The notes below the pieces were generated by a model. It was not told where the DNA came from. It searched no databases and saw only the letters and a list, made by a program, of their open reading frames with translations. 64,000 nucleotides of DNA, taken from assembly GCA_041489925.1 (NCBI GenBank), contig JBGPSD010000001.1, positions 102,414 to 166,413 of the forward strand. The letters are read 5' to 3'. The stretch is from Candidatus Nanoarchaeia archaeon. GTDB lineage: Archaea; Nanobdellota; Nanobdellia; Woesearchaeales; ARS49. Shown here piece after piece: positions 42,330-51,785 of the stretch (the stretch's first letter is position 1; every line of letters begins with the position of its first letter). The translations under genes and the position numbers were made by a program.

Positions 42330-43535
42330 ATGAAATTCGCGCATCTTGCTGACGTGCACCTTGGAGGGTGGAGGGAGCCAAAGCTCAGGGAAGCCAATGC
42401 AAAGAGCTTCTGCATTGCAATTGACAAATGCATTTCTGAGAAAGTTGACTTTGTTTTGATTGCAGGAGATTTGTTCAACACCTCTTTGCCGTCAATGGAT
42501 GCGCTGAAAGTATGCGTGCAAAAACTGAAAGAGCTCAGCAACAACAAGATTCCAGTGTATCTTATTCCGGGCTCGCACGACTTTTCTCCGAGCGGAAAGA
42601 CAATGATTGACATACTTGAGCATGCAGGGCTTGCGTTCAATGTTGCCCGTGGGGAGATTGTTGAAGACAAGCTCAAGCTCGGATTCACTGTTGATGCCAA
42701 GACAGGGGTGAAAATTACAGGCGTGTTCGGCAAGAAAGGCGGGCTTGAGAAGCACTATTATTATGAGCTTGTCAAGGAGCACCTTGAAACAGAGCCAGGC
42801 ACAAAGATTTTCCTTTTCCACTCGCCAATAGCAGAGCTTATGCCTGAAGAACTGCAGGGAATGGAACTGATGCAGATTTCTTTATTGCCAAAAGGGTTTG
42901 ATTACTATGCAGGCGGCCACATCCACATTGTAAAGCACGAAAACCTTGACGGCTACAGGAATGTGGTTTATCCCGGTCCTGTTTTCCCGAACAGCTTTAA
43001 CGAGCTTGAGAAACTCGGCGGCGGAAGCTTTGTGATGTATGACAACGGAACTGTAAGGCACGAAAAAATAACACTGAATCCTGTGGTGAAAATAACAGTC
43101 GATGCAAATGGCAAGACTGCTTCTGAGGTTGCTGGTGAGCTTGAGCGGGCTGCAGCAACGCAAAACGTGAAAGACGCGATTGTTTTGTTCCGCGCAGAAG
43201 GGGTTTTGAAGCAGGGAAAGCCAGGAGACATAAACTTCGCGGCAATACTTGACTCATTTTCTTCAAAAGGCGCTTTTGTCGTGCTGAAAAACACAAACAA
43301 GCTCGAGAGCAAGGAGTTTGAGGAAGTCAAGGTGAGCACAGCAGGAGTTGACGAGATTGAAGACAAACTTCTCAAAGAGCATGCGGGCCAGCTGAAAATA
43401 ATGCCTGCTGACAAGGAAGAAGCGCTCGCAAAAGAACTGATGCGAGTCCTCAGCGCAGAAAAAGAAGAAGGAGAGCGCGTGGCAGACTTTGAGAAAAGAA
43501 TATCACTGGATGTGGACAAGCTGCTTGGAATTTAG
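42330..43535 (+). CDS. mre11: Mre11-type DNA repair metallophosphoesterase
   Basis: MKFAHLADVHLGG (motif I), IAGDLFN (II), GSHD (III), GGHIH (V). About 400 aa with a charged C-terminal tail. Confidence 0.8.
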   Translation: MKFAHLADVHLGGWREPKLREANAKSFCIAIDKCISEKVDFVLIAGDLFNTSLPSMDALKVCVQKLKELSNNKIPVYLIPGSHDFSPSGKTMIDILEHAGLAFNVARGEIVEDKLKLGFTVDAKTGVKITGVFGKKGGLEKHYYYELVKEHLETEPGTKIFLFHSPIAELMPEELQGMELMQISLLPKGFDYYAGGHIHIVKHENLDGYRNVVYPGPVFPNSFNELEKLGGGSFVMYDNGTVRHEKITLNPVVKITVDANGKTASEVAGELERAAATQNVKDAIVLFRAEGVLKQGKPGDINFAAILDSFSSKGAFVVLKNTNKLESKEFEEVKVSTAGVDEIEDKLLKEHAGQLKIMPADKEEALAKELMRVLSAEKEEGERVADFEKRISLDVDKLLGI

Positions 43536-43544
43536 AATTTCTGA

Positions 43545-44216
43545 TTAAAGATTAACCATCTGTGCCAAGCCAATAGCGCGCTTTGCCTCGTATGAATCCT
43601 CTGTAAGGTTTGTCGGCAGGTGCGATAGCCTAATCTGCTCTATTCGGTCTGCCATTAAGCTGTCAAAAGCCTCGAGATAACGAATCTGCCAGTCAAGCGA
43701 ATCGCGCCATTCCTTCAGCAAATCCCCTCCTCCAAATCCCTTGGTAACCGGAATTTCGAATTTCCTGCAAAGCTCCTCAACCTTTTGCTCGATTGCACTT
43801 CTTCCTGATGCCTCCACTTTTACAAACTCATTTGAGAACAATGAAGAAATGAAATAATCATTTTTTGGAACGTCATACATCAGCACAGGCATTCTTCCTT
43901 CCTGCAGAACTTCAGGGATTGCGGCGCATAGTACAATAATTTCAAAAGGCATTCCACCAAAATTCCTGGCTGCTGACGCTTTCTTTAATTCATCTGCCTT
44001 GTTTTTGTCAAAAGTCCTGTAAAACTCAATTACTGCGGGATGGACAAGACCTGTTTTCCCAACCAGGTAAGGCGCGTGGTTTATTTCCGGCTTGAAGCCC
44101 TTTGACTTATAATGCAGACCTCCCCAAGTGGAACGTTCACGTCCTGTTGAAACCGCCTTGCAAAAAGCCCTTTTTGCATCTGTAACTAAAACATAATATT
44201 TCTCAGGCATGTACAT
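43545..44216 (-). CDS. hypothetical protein
   Basis: First ATG (MYMPEKYY) lies about 25 nt after a GTTATATCAG box. No motif recognised. Confidence 0.45.
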   Translation of the reverse strand: MYMPEKYYVLVTDAKRAFCKAVSTGRERSTWGGLHYKSKGFKPEINHAPYLVGKTGLVHPAVIEFYRTFDKNKADELKKASAARNFGGMPFEIIVLCAAIPEVLQEGRMPVLMYDVPKNDYFISSLFSNEFVKVEASGRSAIEQKVEELCRKFEIPVTKGFGGGDLLKEWRDSLDWQIRYLEAFDSLMADRIEQIRLSHLPTNLTEDSYEAKRAIGLAQMVNL

Positions 44217-44245
44217 GCATTGGCGCAACTGATATAACTAATTTT

Positions 44246-44449
44246 CTAGAATTTCTTAAAATACACCTGCACTAAAGGCTTTTTTCTTTTTTTGTAAAAG
44301 AGCGAGATAATCCATAGTATTATTGCGGCGACTATAACCACAGGAATAAGCAGGATAATTACGTTAAGAACAAAAATAAGTATGATAAGCCCGAGCAGGA
44401 CTAACAGCAGGAAAACAACAAGCCCTTTCAATCCCTTAAACTCTGCCAT
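44246..44449 (-). CDS. small membrane protein (67 aa)
   Basis: MAEFKGLKG, then two hydrophobic helices and a Lys-rich tail. The start overlaps the DedA stop by 1 nt. Confidence 0.45.
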   Translation of the reverse strand: MAEFKGLKGLVVFLLLVLLGLIILIFVLNVIILLIPVVIVAAIILWIISLFYKKRKKPLVQVYFKKF

Positions 44450-45066
44450 TAATCCCTCTTTGAGATGTAAAGTATAAAATTCCTTATGGTCTTCCTGAAC
44501 AGGCACACGACAATCGCGGACAAGACAAAAAGGATAAGCAGGACAAGGGGAATTGCAGCGTCAACAGAATACACAAAAGAAAATGCCTTCTCAACCTGTG
44601 GGCCAAGCGCTTTGCCAATCCAGATTAATATCGGAGTCTGAATGACAGCTCCAAAAGTGTCTGCGAAAAAGAATTTTCTCTGCTTCATCCCTGACGTGCC
44701 TGCAACCCATGCGGTAACAACACGCGTTCCAGGCACAAACCGCGCGAAAAACACTGCATATGGGCCGTGCGAATCAACTGATTTCTGAACGCGCGCAATA
44801 ATCCTGCCGTTCACAAAACGCCTCAGGATTGAATGCCCGTGGCTTGCCAGGTAAAAATGCGCATTGTCAACAATAATCACGCCAATTAACGCAACCAAAA
44901 CCGCAGGCCAAAAAGAAAAAACCCCCTCAAAAGCAAGACAGCCGATAATCAAAAGAAGAATTTCCTCAGGAATCGGCAGAAAGCCTGAACCATTAAGCAG
45001 CACCACCAAAAAGATTGCAAAATAGGACAACTTTGCAAGATAAGGTATTGTCAACTCTATTACCAT
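44449..45066 (-). CDS. DedA/VTT-family membrane protein
   Basis: 205 aa. The FLPIPEE..L and FFARFVPGTRV motifs are typical of the DedA (SNARE-associated) family. Confidence 0.8.
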   Translation of the reverse strand: MVIELTIPYLAKLSYFAIFLVVLLNGSGFLPIPEEILLLIIGCLAFEGVFSFWPAVLVALIGVIIVDNAHFYLASHGHSILRRFVNGRIIARVQKSVDSHGPYAVFFARFVPGTRVVTAWVAGTSGMKQRKFFFADTFGAVIQTPILIWIGKALGPQVEKAFSFVYSVDAAIPLVLLILFVLSAIVVCLFRKTIRNFILYISKRD

Positions 45067-45097
45067 GTGAAATATCCCAAGAATGCTCGTTTTAAAG

Positions 45098-46480
45098 CTA
45101 TTGCTTCAGGGCAATATCCAGAAGCTCAAGCACAGTCTTTTCCTTTGCCCTGCCTTTGCTCGCGCGGATAACCTGACCCACAAGGAACTGAATTGCTTTC
45201 TCTTTTCCTGATTTCACATCATTGACCGCGTTTGGATTTTCCTTTATTGCTTTTTCAACAAGTGATTTTGTCTCTGCCTCTGACAATGCGAGCAAGCCAA
45301 GGCGTTCTGCTGTTTTTTTCGCAGGCTCTGGCTTCATCACCAGCTCGCGCAAAAGAAGCTCTGCTCCGCGCTTTGAGACTTCGCCTGACGAGAGAAGCGC
45401 AAGGAATTCAACCATGCTGTTTGCCTTGAATCCTGTCTTGTCAAAACGGACCGCGTTGAAGTTGAGAATCTTCTGGACATAAGAATACCACATTGCCGCG
45501 AGTGCAGGGTCTGATTTTTTGGAGACTTCCTCAAACTGGTCTGCAAGCGCGCGCTCTGACATCAATGATTCTGCCTGCTCCTCCTTGATCTTGTATTCTT
45601 TTACAAATCTTGCGATTCTCTGGTAAGGCGGCTCTGGCATCTCTGCAATTATTTTTTTCAGTTCAGGGTCTGTGATTGTCAATGGCGGCAAGTCCGGCTC
45701 TGGAATGTAGCCGTATTCCTCCTCTGTCTCCTTGTGCCTCATGCTGTCTGTTGTGCCGGTGCGCTGGTCAAATGAGCGCGTCTCTGTGACGCCCTGTTCC
45801 CCTCTTGCCACGACGCTTTCCTGCCTGATAATTTCAAACTGCGCTGCGCGCTCAGCGTCTCGGAAGCTTGTGATGTTCTTGACTTCAACCCTTGGGTGCC
45901 CTTCTATTGATACATTGACATCTGCGCGAATTTTTCCCTCCTGCGCGTCAAAGATTCCAATGTAGTCAGCGAGCTTCATCAGTTCCTCAAGGAATGCGCG
46001 CGCTTCTGCAGGGCTTGTGAAAACAGGAGGCGTCACGATTTCGCACAGCGGAGTGCCGGAACGGTTGTAGTCAATCAAAACATAGGCTGCCCCGTTTTTG
46101 CTTTCAACGTGCTTCAGGCTCGCAGGGTCTTCTTCAATGTGGATTCTTGTGATTTCAACCTCTTTGTCCTTCATCTTGAGCTTTCCTTCTGTTGCAAACG
46201 GCTGGTCATACTGGGTTATCTGGAAATCTTTTGGAAGGTCAGGGTAAAAGTAAGTCTTTCTCGCGAAGAAAGAGATGTTGTGGATTTTGCAGTTCATTGC
46301 TATTGCGAGCTTTAATGCCGCGATGAAGGCGTCTGAGTTTAACCGCGGCTTTGAGCCAGGCATTCCCATGCAAATCTGGCACACTTTTGTGTTCGGCTCA
46401 ACCCCTTCTGTTGAGCACGTGCAGAAAAGCTTGCTCTTTGTATTCGGCTGCAGGTGGATTTCCAATCCGATTTTAACCAT
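45098..46480 (-). CDS. gatB: Asp/Glu-tRNA amidotransferase subunit B
   Basis: MVKIGLEIHLQ start, cradle-domain motifs, and a C-terminal GatB/YqeY tail (FLVGQVIRASKGRA). Overlaps the gatA stop by 8 nt. Confidence 0.9.
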   Translation of the reverse strand: MVKIGLEIHLQPNTKSKLFCTCSTEGVEPNTKVCQICMGMPGSKPRLNSDAFIAALKLAIAMNCKIHNISFFARKTYFYPDLPKDFQITQYDQPFATEGKLKMKDKEVEITRIHIEEDPASLKHVESKNGAAYVLIDYNRSGTPLCEIVTPPVFTSPAEARAFLEELMKLADYIGIFDAQEGKIRADVNVSIEGHPRVEVKNITSFRDAERAAQFEIIRQESVVARGEQGVTETRSFDQRTGTTDSMRHKETEEEYGYIPEPDLPPLTITDPELKKIIAEMPEPPYQRIARFVKEYKIKEEQAESLMSERALADQFEEVSKKSDPALAAMWYSYVQKILNFNAVRFDKTGFKANSMVEFLALLSSGEVSKRGAELLLRELVMKPEPAKKTAERLGLLALSEAETKSLVEKAIKENPNAVNDVKSGKEKAIQFLVGQVIRASKGRAKEKTVLELLDIALKQ

Positions 46481-47756
46481 ATTTCTCACCCACCTGCACA
46501 AGAAGCTCGTCATTGTTGTGGTCTGCCATCAAATGCAAGCCAACAGGCATTCCTTTTGCAGTGCCGCAGGGAATGCTCAAATGCGGAATTCCAGCGACGT
46601 TTGCAGGAACTGTCAAAACATCCATTGAATATTCCTCAATCGGAGTAAGCTTGCTGATTTCATCAAAAGTAGGCGCGATAATCGGCATTGTCGGAGCTGC
46701 AATGATGTCAACTTCCTTGAATGCATTCTTGAAGTCATTGATGAGAAGCTGCCTGACTTTTTGCGCCTGTATGTAATACTTGTCGCAATAGCCTGCCATG
46801 CGCACAAAAGTGCCGAGCAGAATCCTCCGCTTTGCCTCTGCGCCGAAATATTTGCCTCTTACTTTGCTGAAGTACTCCCAGAATTCGCCTCCGCCTTCCA
46901 ATGGCAGAGTCGCGCCGTAGCGCAAACCGCAGTATTTTGCAAGATTTGTGGATGCTTCTGCGAGCGCGATGATGTAATACGCTGCGAGCGCGTAAGGAGT
47001 TGATGGAATGCTGATTTCTTTTACTGCCATTCCCTGAGCCTGAAGCTTTTTTACTGCCTCTTCAAATGATTTTTTTACTTCCGGGTCAATTTTTTGCGCA
47101 AGCCACTCTTTTGGAATGCCAATTGTGATTTTCTTTGACAGCACAGGCGGGTCTTTGAACTGCGCGCCCTGACAGGTCTCGTCCCTGCTGTCAGGTCCTG
47201 AGATTATTTCCAATGCCTTGCTCGCGTCCCTCACTGTTTTCGCGACAACGCCTATTTTGTCCAATGAGTTTGCATAGTCAATCAAGCCATATCTGGATAC
47301 TCGGCCATAAGTCGGCGTTAATCCGACGACGCCGCAGAATGCCGCAGGAGCTGAGATTGAGCCTCCTGTTGACTGCGCAATTGCGAACTTTGCAAGCTTT
47401 GAAGCTGCAATGTATCCTGCGCTTCCTCCTGATGAGCCTCCGCACGCGCGCTTTGGGTCATGCGGGTTTTTTGGAATCCTGAAAGTGTTCACGCAGAAAG
47501 TGCCAAACCCGAACTCGTCCATTGCTGTCTTGCCAAGGACGCTGAAGCCTTTTGCCTTTAAGCGCTCAACAACTGTCGCATCAAAAGGCGGAACATACGG
47601 CTCAAGGATTTTTGAGCCGGCGCTTGTTTTTATCCCCTTTGTGCAGATGTTGTCCTTGAACGCGATTGGAATCCCTTCCCTTGGAGCTTCAAGGGTGATG
47701 AAGAAATTGAATTTTTCATTGAGCTTTTTCGCTTCTTCAATTATCTCGGTGCTCAT
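46473..47756 (-). CDS. gatA: Asp/Glu-tRNA amidotransferase subunit A
   Basis: Amidase signature GGSSGGSAGYIAA...GGSISAPAAFCGVVGLTPTYGRVSRYG. 427 aa. Confidence 0.93.
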   Translation of the reverse strand: MSTEIIEEAKKLNEKFNFFITLEAPREGIPIAFKDNICTKGIKTSAGSKILEPYVPPFDATVVERLKAKGFSVLGKTAMDEFGFGTFCVNTFRIPKNPHDPKRACGGSSGGSAGYIAASKLAKFAIAQSTGGSISAPAAFCGVVGLTPTYGRVSRYGLIDYANSLDKIGVVAKTVRDASKALEIISGPDSRDETCQGAQFKDPPVLSKKITIGIPKEWLAQKIDPEVKKSFEEAVKKLQAQGMAVKEISIPSTPYALAAYYIIALAEASTNLAKYCGLRYGATLPLEGGGEFWEYFSKVRGKYFGAEAKRRILLGTFVRMAGYCDKYYIQAQKVRQLLINDFKNAFKEVDIIAAPTMPIIAPTFDEISKLTPIEEYSMDVLTVPANVAGIPHLSIPCGTAKGMPVGLHLMADHNNDELLVQVGEKYG

Positions 47757-48028
47757 TTGGTTGGCGGGCCCTTTACAAAGCCCTCCTCCTTGTGCTCTGT
47801 GTTTTTCAGGGCTTCATCGCGGCTCATTGACTCTGCAACAACATCCTTTCTTCCCATCTGCTTCAGAGGAACAGCGTGAGTCGCAGGCTTGATTCCTTTT
47901 GTCGGAGCTTTTGCAATGATGTCAAATGCCTTCAGAATGCCGTCTAGGTCTTTTGCGAACTTGTCCCGTTCCTCTTTTGTGAGTTCAAGCCGCGCAATCT
48001 TTGCCAGCTTGTCAATTGGCTCGTCCAT
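47753..48028 (-). CDS. gatC: Asp/Glu-tRNA amidotransferase subunit C
   Basis: 91 aa. LAKIARLELTKEERDKFAKDLDGIL is the GatC pattern. 4-nt overlap with gatA. Confidence 0.85.
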   Translation of the reverse strand: MDEPIDKLAKIARLELTKEERDKFAKDLDGILKAFDIIAKAPTKGIKPATHAVPLKQMGRKDVVAESMSRDEALKNTEHKEEGFVKGPPTK

Positions 48029-48032
48029 ATTA

Positions 48033-48105
48033 CGCCCGAGGCAGGACTCGAACCTGCGACTTCCTGGTTAACAGCCAGGCGCTCTACCTGCTGAGCTACT
48101 CGGGC
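48033..48105 (-). tRNA. tRNA-Asn (GTT)
   Basis: Acceptor GCCCGAG/CTCGGGC, D-arm GCTC-AGCAGGTA-GAGC, anticodon arm CCTGG-CTGTTAA-CCAGG, T-arm GCAGG-TTCGAGT-CCTGC, discriminator G. Confidence 0.9.
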
Positions 48106-48297
48106 ATGAAATAAATGAGCAGGACATGGATTGGACTATGAGAAGCAATTCAACGATTATTATTGCCGCGAACTGAAATTGCCATAATAGTCGGGATTTT
48201 GGCTGTCTTTAAAAAGGTTGTTGTACAAAAGGCCCACTCAGGGCGCAAAGGCAAAAATTAAATACGTGGAGCGCAAAAAGCACTGCGGTGATGATTT

Positions 48298-48513
48298 ATG
48301 ACAAGCGGAACAGCAGTAATGCCGAGAAATGTTCAGGAAATTAGCCGAATAACCAAACAAATGAAGACGCAATTGGTTCAGATGGAGGAAATTAATTCAG
48401 GGATACTCAAAACAATGCCTGAATTTTCAAAGGAAGTAGCAATTGTTAACGCAGAAATCAGCAGAATAGCAATTTCCCTGAACCAAATCAGAAGAACACT
48501 GAATCTGGACTGA
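48298..48513 (+). CDS. 71-aa coiled-coil protein
   Basis: SD GGTGAT 5 nt upstream. Heptad-like sequence with (E)ISRITK / EISRIA motifs also seen at the C-terminus of 52934..53620. Confidence 0.5.
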   Translation: MTSGTAVMPRNVQEISRITKQMKTQLVQMEEINSGILKTMPEFSKEVAIVNAEISRIAISLNQIRRTLNLD

Positions 48514-48519
48514 GAAGTT

Positions 48520-49830
48520 TTAGGGCTCTAATCTTTCAGGGTCTCGCGGGAAGAGGACAGCTTCCCTGACGTTCTCCAGCTGGGTGATTGTCTGCACCAT
48601 GCGGTCTACTCCGATGCCGAATCCGCCGTGGGTTGGGATGCCGTACTTGAATGCATCAAGGTAGAATTCAAATGCATCAGGGTTCATTCCCTTGCCTGAA
48701 ATCTGCTGCTTCAAAACTTCATACCTGTGCTCGCGCTGGCCGCCTGAGGACAATTCAAGACCGCGGTACATGAAATCAAAGCCCCTGCAGTATTCGCCCT
48801 CGTTCATTATGTAAAACGCCCTGACTTTTGTCGGGAACTTTGTGAGGAAGTAAGCGCTTGCTCCGTACTTTTTCTGCACGAGCTTGCCGAGCTTTTTCTC
48901 ATCCTCTGAGCCCACGTCATCGCCAAGCTTCATCTTTGAGCCTGCCGCATTGAGCATCTCAACACCTTCCTTGTAAGTTACCCTTGGGAAAGGGAATTTC
49001 GGAATGTCAAGCTTGATGCCAAGGAGTGCGATTTCCTCTTTGCATTTCTCCTCAACCTGCTTCATAACGTACATGAACATCCTTTCCATAACCTTGAGGA
49101 CATCATCCTCGTCGTCAATGTAAGCCATTTCAAAGTCAAAGTGAGTGAATTCTGTCAGGTGCCTTGTTGTGTGGGATTTTTCAGCGCGGAAAGTCGGACC
49201 GATTTCAAACACTTTTTCAAAACCAGCGGCGAGCATCATCTGCTTGTACAACTGCTGGCTCTGGCTCAAAAACGCTTTCTTGTTGTAATAAACCACTGGG
49301 AAAAGCGTTGCCCCGCCCTCTGCTCCTGCTGAAATAATCTTGGGAGTCTGCATTTCTATGAATCCTTCCTGTATGAGGAATTCCCTGATTGCCATGTTTA
49401 CGCGCGAGCGTATCTTGAAAATTGCAAGAACTTTCGGGTTTCTCAGGTCAAGAATCCTGAAGTCAAGGCGCTTGTCAAGGTTTGTTGGAACCTTTCCTGA
49501 AAAATCAATCGGCAGGTTTGGCTGCGAGGGATTGACAACCTCAAACTCCTTCAGCTGCAGCTCTTTTGCACCGCTCTTGAGCTTGCTTGCTTTGACAATA
49601 CCCTTGAGTGTGATAACGCTTTCCTTGGCGATTGCGCCAATGTCCTTAAACTGCTTGTTTTCAGGAGTTGCGACAATCTGCACAGTGCCAGAGCGGTCGC
49701 GAAGGGTGATGAATGCAATTTTGCCCATTTCTTTTGCATCAGCTGCAAAGCCTGCGACTATGACTTCGTCTCCCTCTTTCTTGGTCTGAACATCTTTTGC
49801 ATGAATCCTTTTCGCAAGCAATATTGCCAT
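48520..49830 (-). CDS. aspS: aspartyl-tRNA synthetase (archaeal type)
   Basis: 436 aa. N-terminal OB fold, class II motifs (FRAEKSHTTRHLTEF; GGFGIGVDR), and no bacterial insertion domain. Confidence 0.92.
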   Translation of the reverse strand: MAILLAKRIHAKDVQTKKEGDEVIVAGFAADAKEMGKIAFITLRDRSGTVQIVATPENKQFKDIGAIAKESVITLKGIVKASKLKSGAKELQLKEFEVVNPSQPNLPIDFSGKVPTNLDKRLDFRILDLRNPKVLAIFKIRSRVNMAIREFLIQEGFIEMQTPKIISAGAEGGATLFPVVYYNKKAFLSQSQQLYKQMMLAAGFEKVFEIGPTFRAEKSHTTRHLTEFTHFDFEMAYIDDEDDVLKVMERMFMYVMKQVEEKCKEEIALLGIKLDIPKFPFPRVTYKEGVEMLNAAGSKMKLGDDVGSEDEKKLGKLVQKKYGASAYFLTKFPTKVRAFYIMNEGEYCRGFDFMYRGLELSSGGQREHRYEVLKQQISGKGMNPDAFEFYLDAFKYGIPTHGGFGIGVDRMVQTITQLENVREAVLFPRDPERLEP

Positions 49831-49870
49831 AAGCGTGAACGAATTGGGGATTTATTTAAAGGTTGTGACT

Positions 49871-50452
49871 CTAATGTTTCTTCATCTTTATCTGCAATGC
49901 AAGGTCTTCAAGCTTCTCAAGCCCGTATTTTATCGAGTCAAACTTCCTTCTTACCGGCGAGTTGCGGAAGTCAAACAGCATTAATTCCTGGTAAACCTGA
50001 GTTACAAAGTCCCTGATTTCCAAAGCGGTCTTTGTGTCATTCTTTATCGCGCTGTTGATTGCCTTCCTCACAAGCTCTCCGACAAGGTCGCAAAGCCCTG
50101 GAACATAGCTGTCAATGTCAACTCCAAGCTGCTTTGGAGTGGGCAGTTCCTTTTTCGCGAGCAGGGAATAATAGCAGGACGCCTCGACATACTCCTCTAT
50201 TGCCTCAAGATATGCCCCTGTAACCGCCAAATGGGCGTCTTTCCTAATAAGGGCGTTCATCTTTGCAATGATTTTCTTAGCAGAAGCAAGCTGGGAACTT
50301 GCCTCTTTTGACTCCCCGCGGTGCAATGAGTAGATTGATTTCTTGCTCAAAGTAAGCGCATCGCGCGAGGTCTTGATAAGCTCGTCCCTCAAAGAATCGT
50401 GGAGGGACATCTGCTTTCTCATCAGCGCAAACGCGTTCTTGTCTACCTTCAT
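49871..50452 (-). CDS. translin-family protein
   Basis: Start trimmed to MKVDKNAF. The pattern L.DSLRDELIK.SRD...SKK.I..LHRG ... EEYVEA ... PGLCDLVGELVR ... RRKFD matches archaeal translin/TRAX-like proteins. Confidence 0.7.
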   Translation of the reverse strand: MKVDKNAFALMRKQMSLHDSLRDELIKTSRDALTLSKKSIYSLHRGESKEASSQLASAKKIIAKMNALIRKDAHLAVTGAYLEAIEEYVEASCYYSLLAKKELPTPKQLGVDIDSYVPGLCDLVGELVRKAINSAIKNDTKTALEIRDFVTQVYQELMLFDFRNSPVRRKFDSIKYGLEKLEDLALQIKMKKH

Positions 50453-50519
50453 ATTTTTCCCGACGAAAGTTTTATATAGGAACGTATTTAAAGTTATCGT
50501 ATAAAAAAGAGATGACAAT

Positions 50520-51116
50520 ATGGCTGCACCTACTGTATTGGGAAATGTTCTTTTGTTCTTCCAGCGTATTGGCATTTATGACGTAGTCCTGCCATTCCTG
50601 CTCACATTCACAATAATATTCGCAATATTTGAGAAAAGCAAGATTCTCGGCACAGAAAAGGTTGAAGACACGGTTTACACGAAGAAAAACCTGAATGCAA
50701 TGGCTTCATTCGTTATTGCCTTCCTTGTAATTGCATCAAGCAGGCTTGTCGAGACAATCACCCGAGTCAGCTCAAACATCGTGATTCTGGTGCTGCTCGG
50801 AGTGTTCTACCTTTTGCTCGTCGGCACATTCTGGACGCCCTCAAAGGAAACAGGGGAGAACTGGACTGCGCTGACAGGAAAGTGGAACACACTGTTCATG
50901 ATAATAATGTTCATCGGCATAATCATTGTTTTCCTTGATGCGATACGCGATGAAACAGGAAGAAGCTGGCTTGAGGTGTTATGGGACTATCTCAGCCAAT
51001 TCTGGACATCTACTGCTGTAGCATCGATAATCTTAATAATCTTCATTATTGTCTTTGTATGGTTTATGGCCCGAGGCAAAGAGGGCGAAGAGGAAAAACC
51101 CAAGAAGAAAGAATAA
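50520..51116 (+). CDS. polytopic membrane protein, tandem paralogue 1
   Basis: 198 aa with about 5 TM segments. The N-terminal block IGIYDVVLPFLLTFTIIFAIFEKSKILG is shared with the next two genes. Confidence 0.6.
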   Translation: MAAPTVLGNVLLFFQRIGIYDVVLPFLLTFTIIFAIFEKSKILGTEKVEDTVYTKKNLNAMASFVIAFLVIASSRLVETITRVSSNIVILVLLGVFYLLLVGTFWTPSKETGENWTALTGKWNTLFMIIMFIGIIIVFLDAIRDETGRSWLEVLWDYLSQFWTSTAVASIILIIFIIVFVWFMARGKEGEEEKPKKKE

Positions 51117-51128
51117 ACGAGGTGTCAA

Positions 51129-51785
51129 ATGGTACTATTCCAATTTTACGGCGGAAGCAGCAACTGGGGCGGAGGAATGTTCAATGACTTTGTCTACTGG
51201 CTTGACTACTGGGGCGTCCGCGACATAATACTGCCCTTCATACTGATATTCACGATTTTCTTCGCGGTAATGCAGAAGATTAGCTTATTCGGGCCGAAGA
51301 GCAGGAAATACAACGTCGTGCTTTCGCTCGCAATATCACTGCTTGTCATAATTCCGCACGCAATAGGAATGTACCCTGCTGAAACTGACGTCATCAATAT
51401 TATCAACGACTCAATACCTGAAGTAGCACTGCTTGTCATTGTTGTTGTGCTTGTGCTGATGATGCTCGGAATGGTTGCAGGAAAGACAGTAAGGCCTGGC
51501 GCAGGAGTGCTTAACATAATTGCCGCAGCGTCAGTAATAGTGTTGCTGCTCATCTTTGCGAACTCAATCTTCCCAATGCCTGTCCTGAGCTACATTGACC
51601 CTGCAATACAGTCATTACTTGTGATTTTACTTGTGTTCGGGCTGATAATCTATTGGGTTGCAGGACCAAGCACGCCGTCAGGTGTCAGCTCAAGGTTCTG
51701 GTTCGGACCACGCACGACAGCAGAAGAGGCAGAAATGCAAGCGCAACACAAGAAGTATGAAGAGGATCTGGCAAAAGAGGAATAA
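51129..51785 (+). CDS. polytopic membrane protein, tandem paralogue 2
   Basis: Block WGVRDIILPFILIFTIFFAVMQKISLFG. The start could instead be the Met at 51177. Confidence 0.6.
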   Translation: MVLFQFYGGSSNWGGGMFNDFVYWLDYWGVRDIILPFILIFTIFFAVMQKISLFGPKSRKYNVVLSLAISLLVIIPHAIGMYPAETDVINIINDSIPEVALLVIVVVLVLMMLGMVAGKTVRPGAGVLNIIAAASVIVLLLIFANSIFPMPVLSYIDPAIQSLLVILLVFGLIIYWVAGPSTPSGVSSRFWFGPRTTAEEAEMQAQHKKYEEDLAKEE

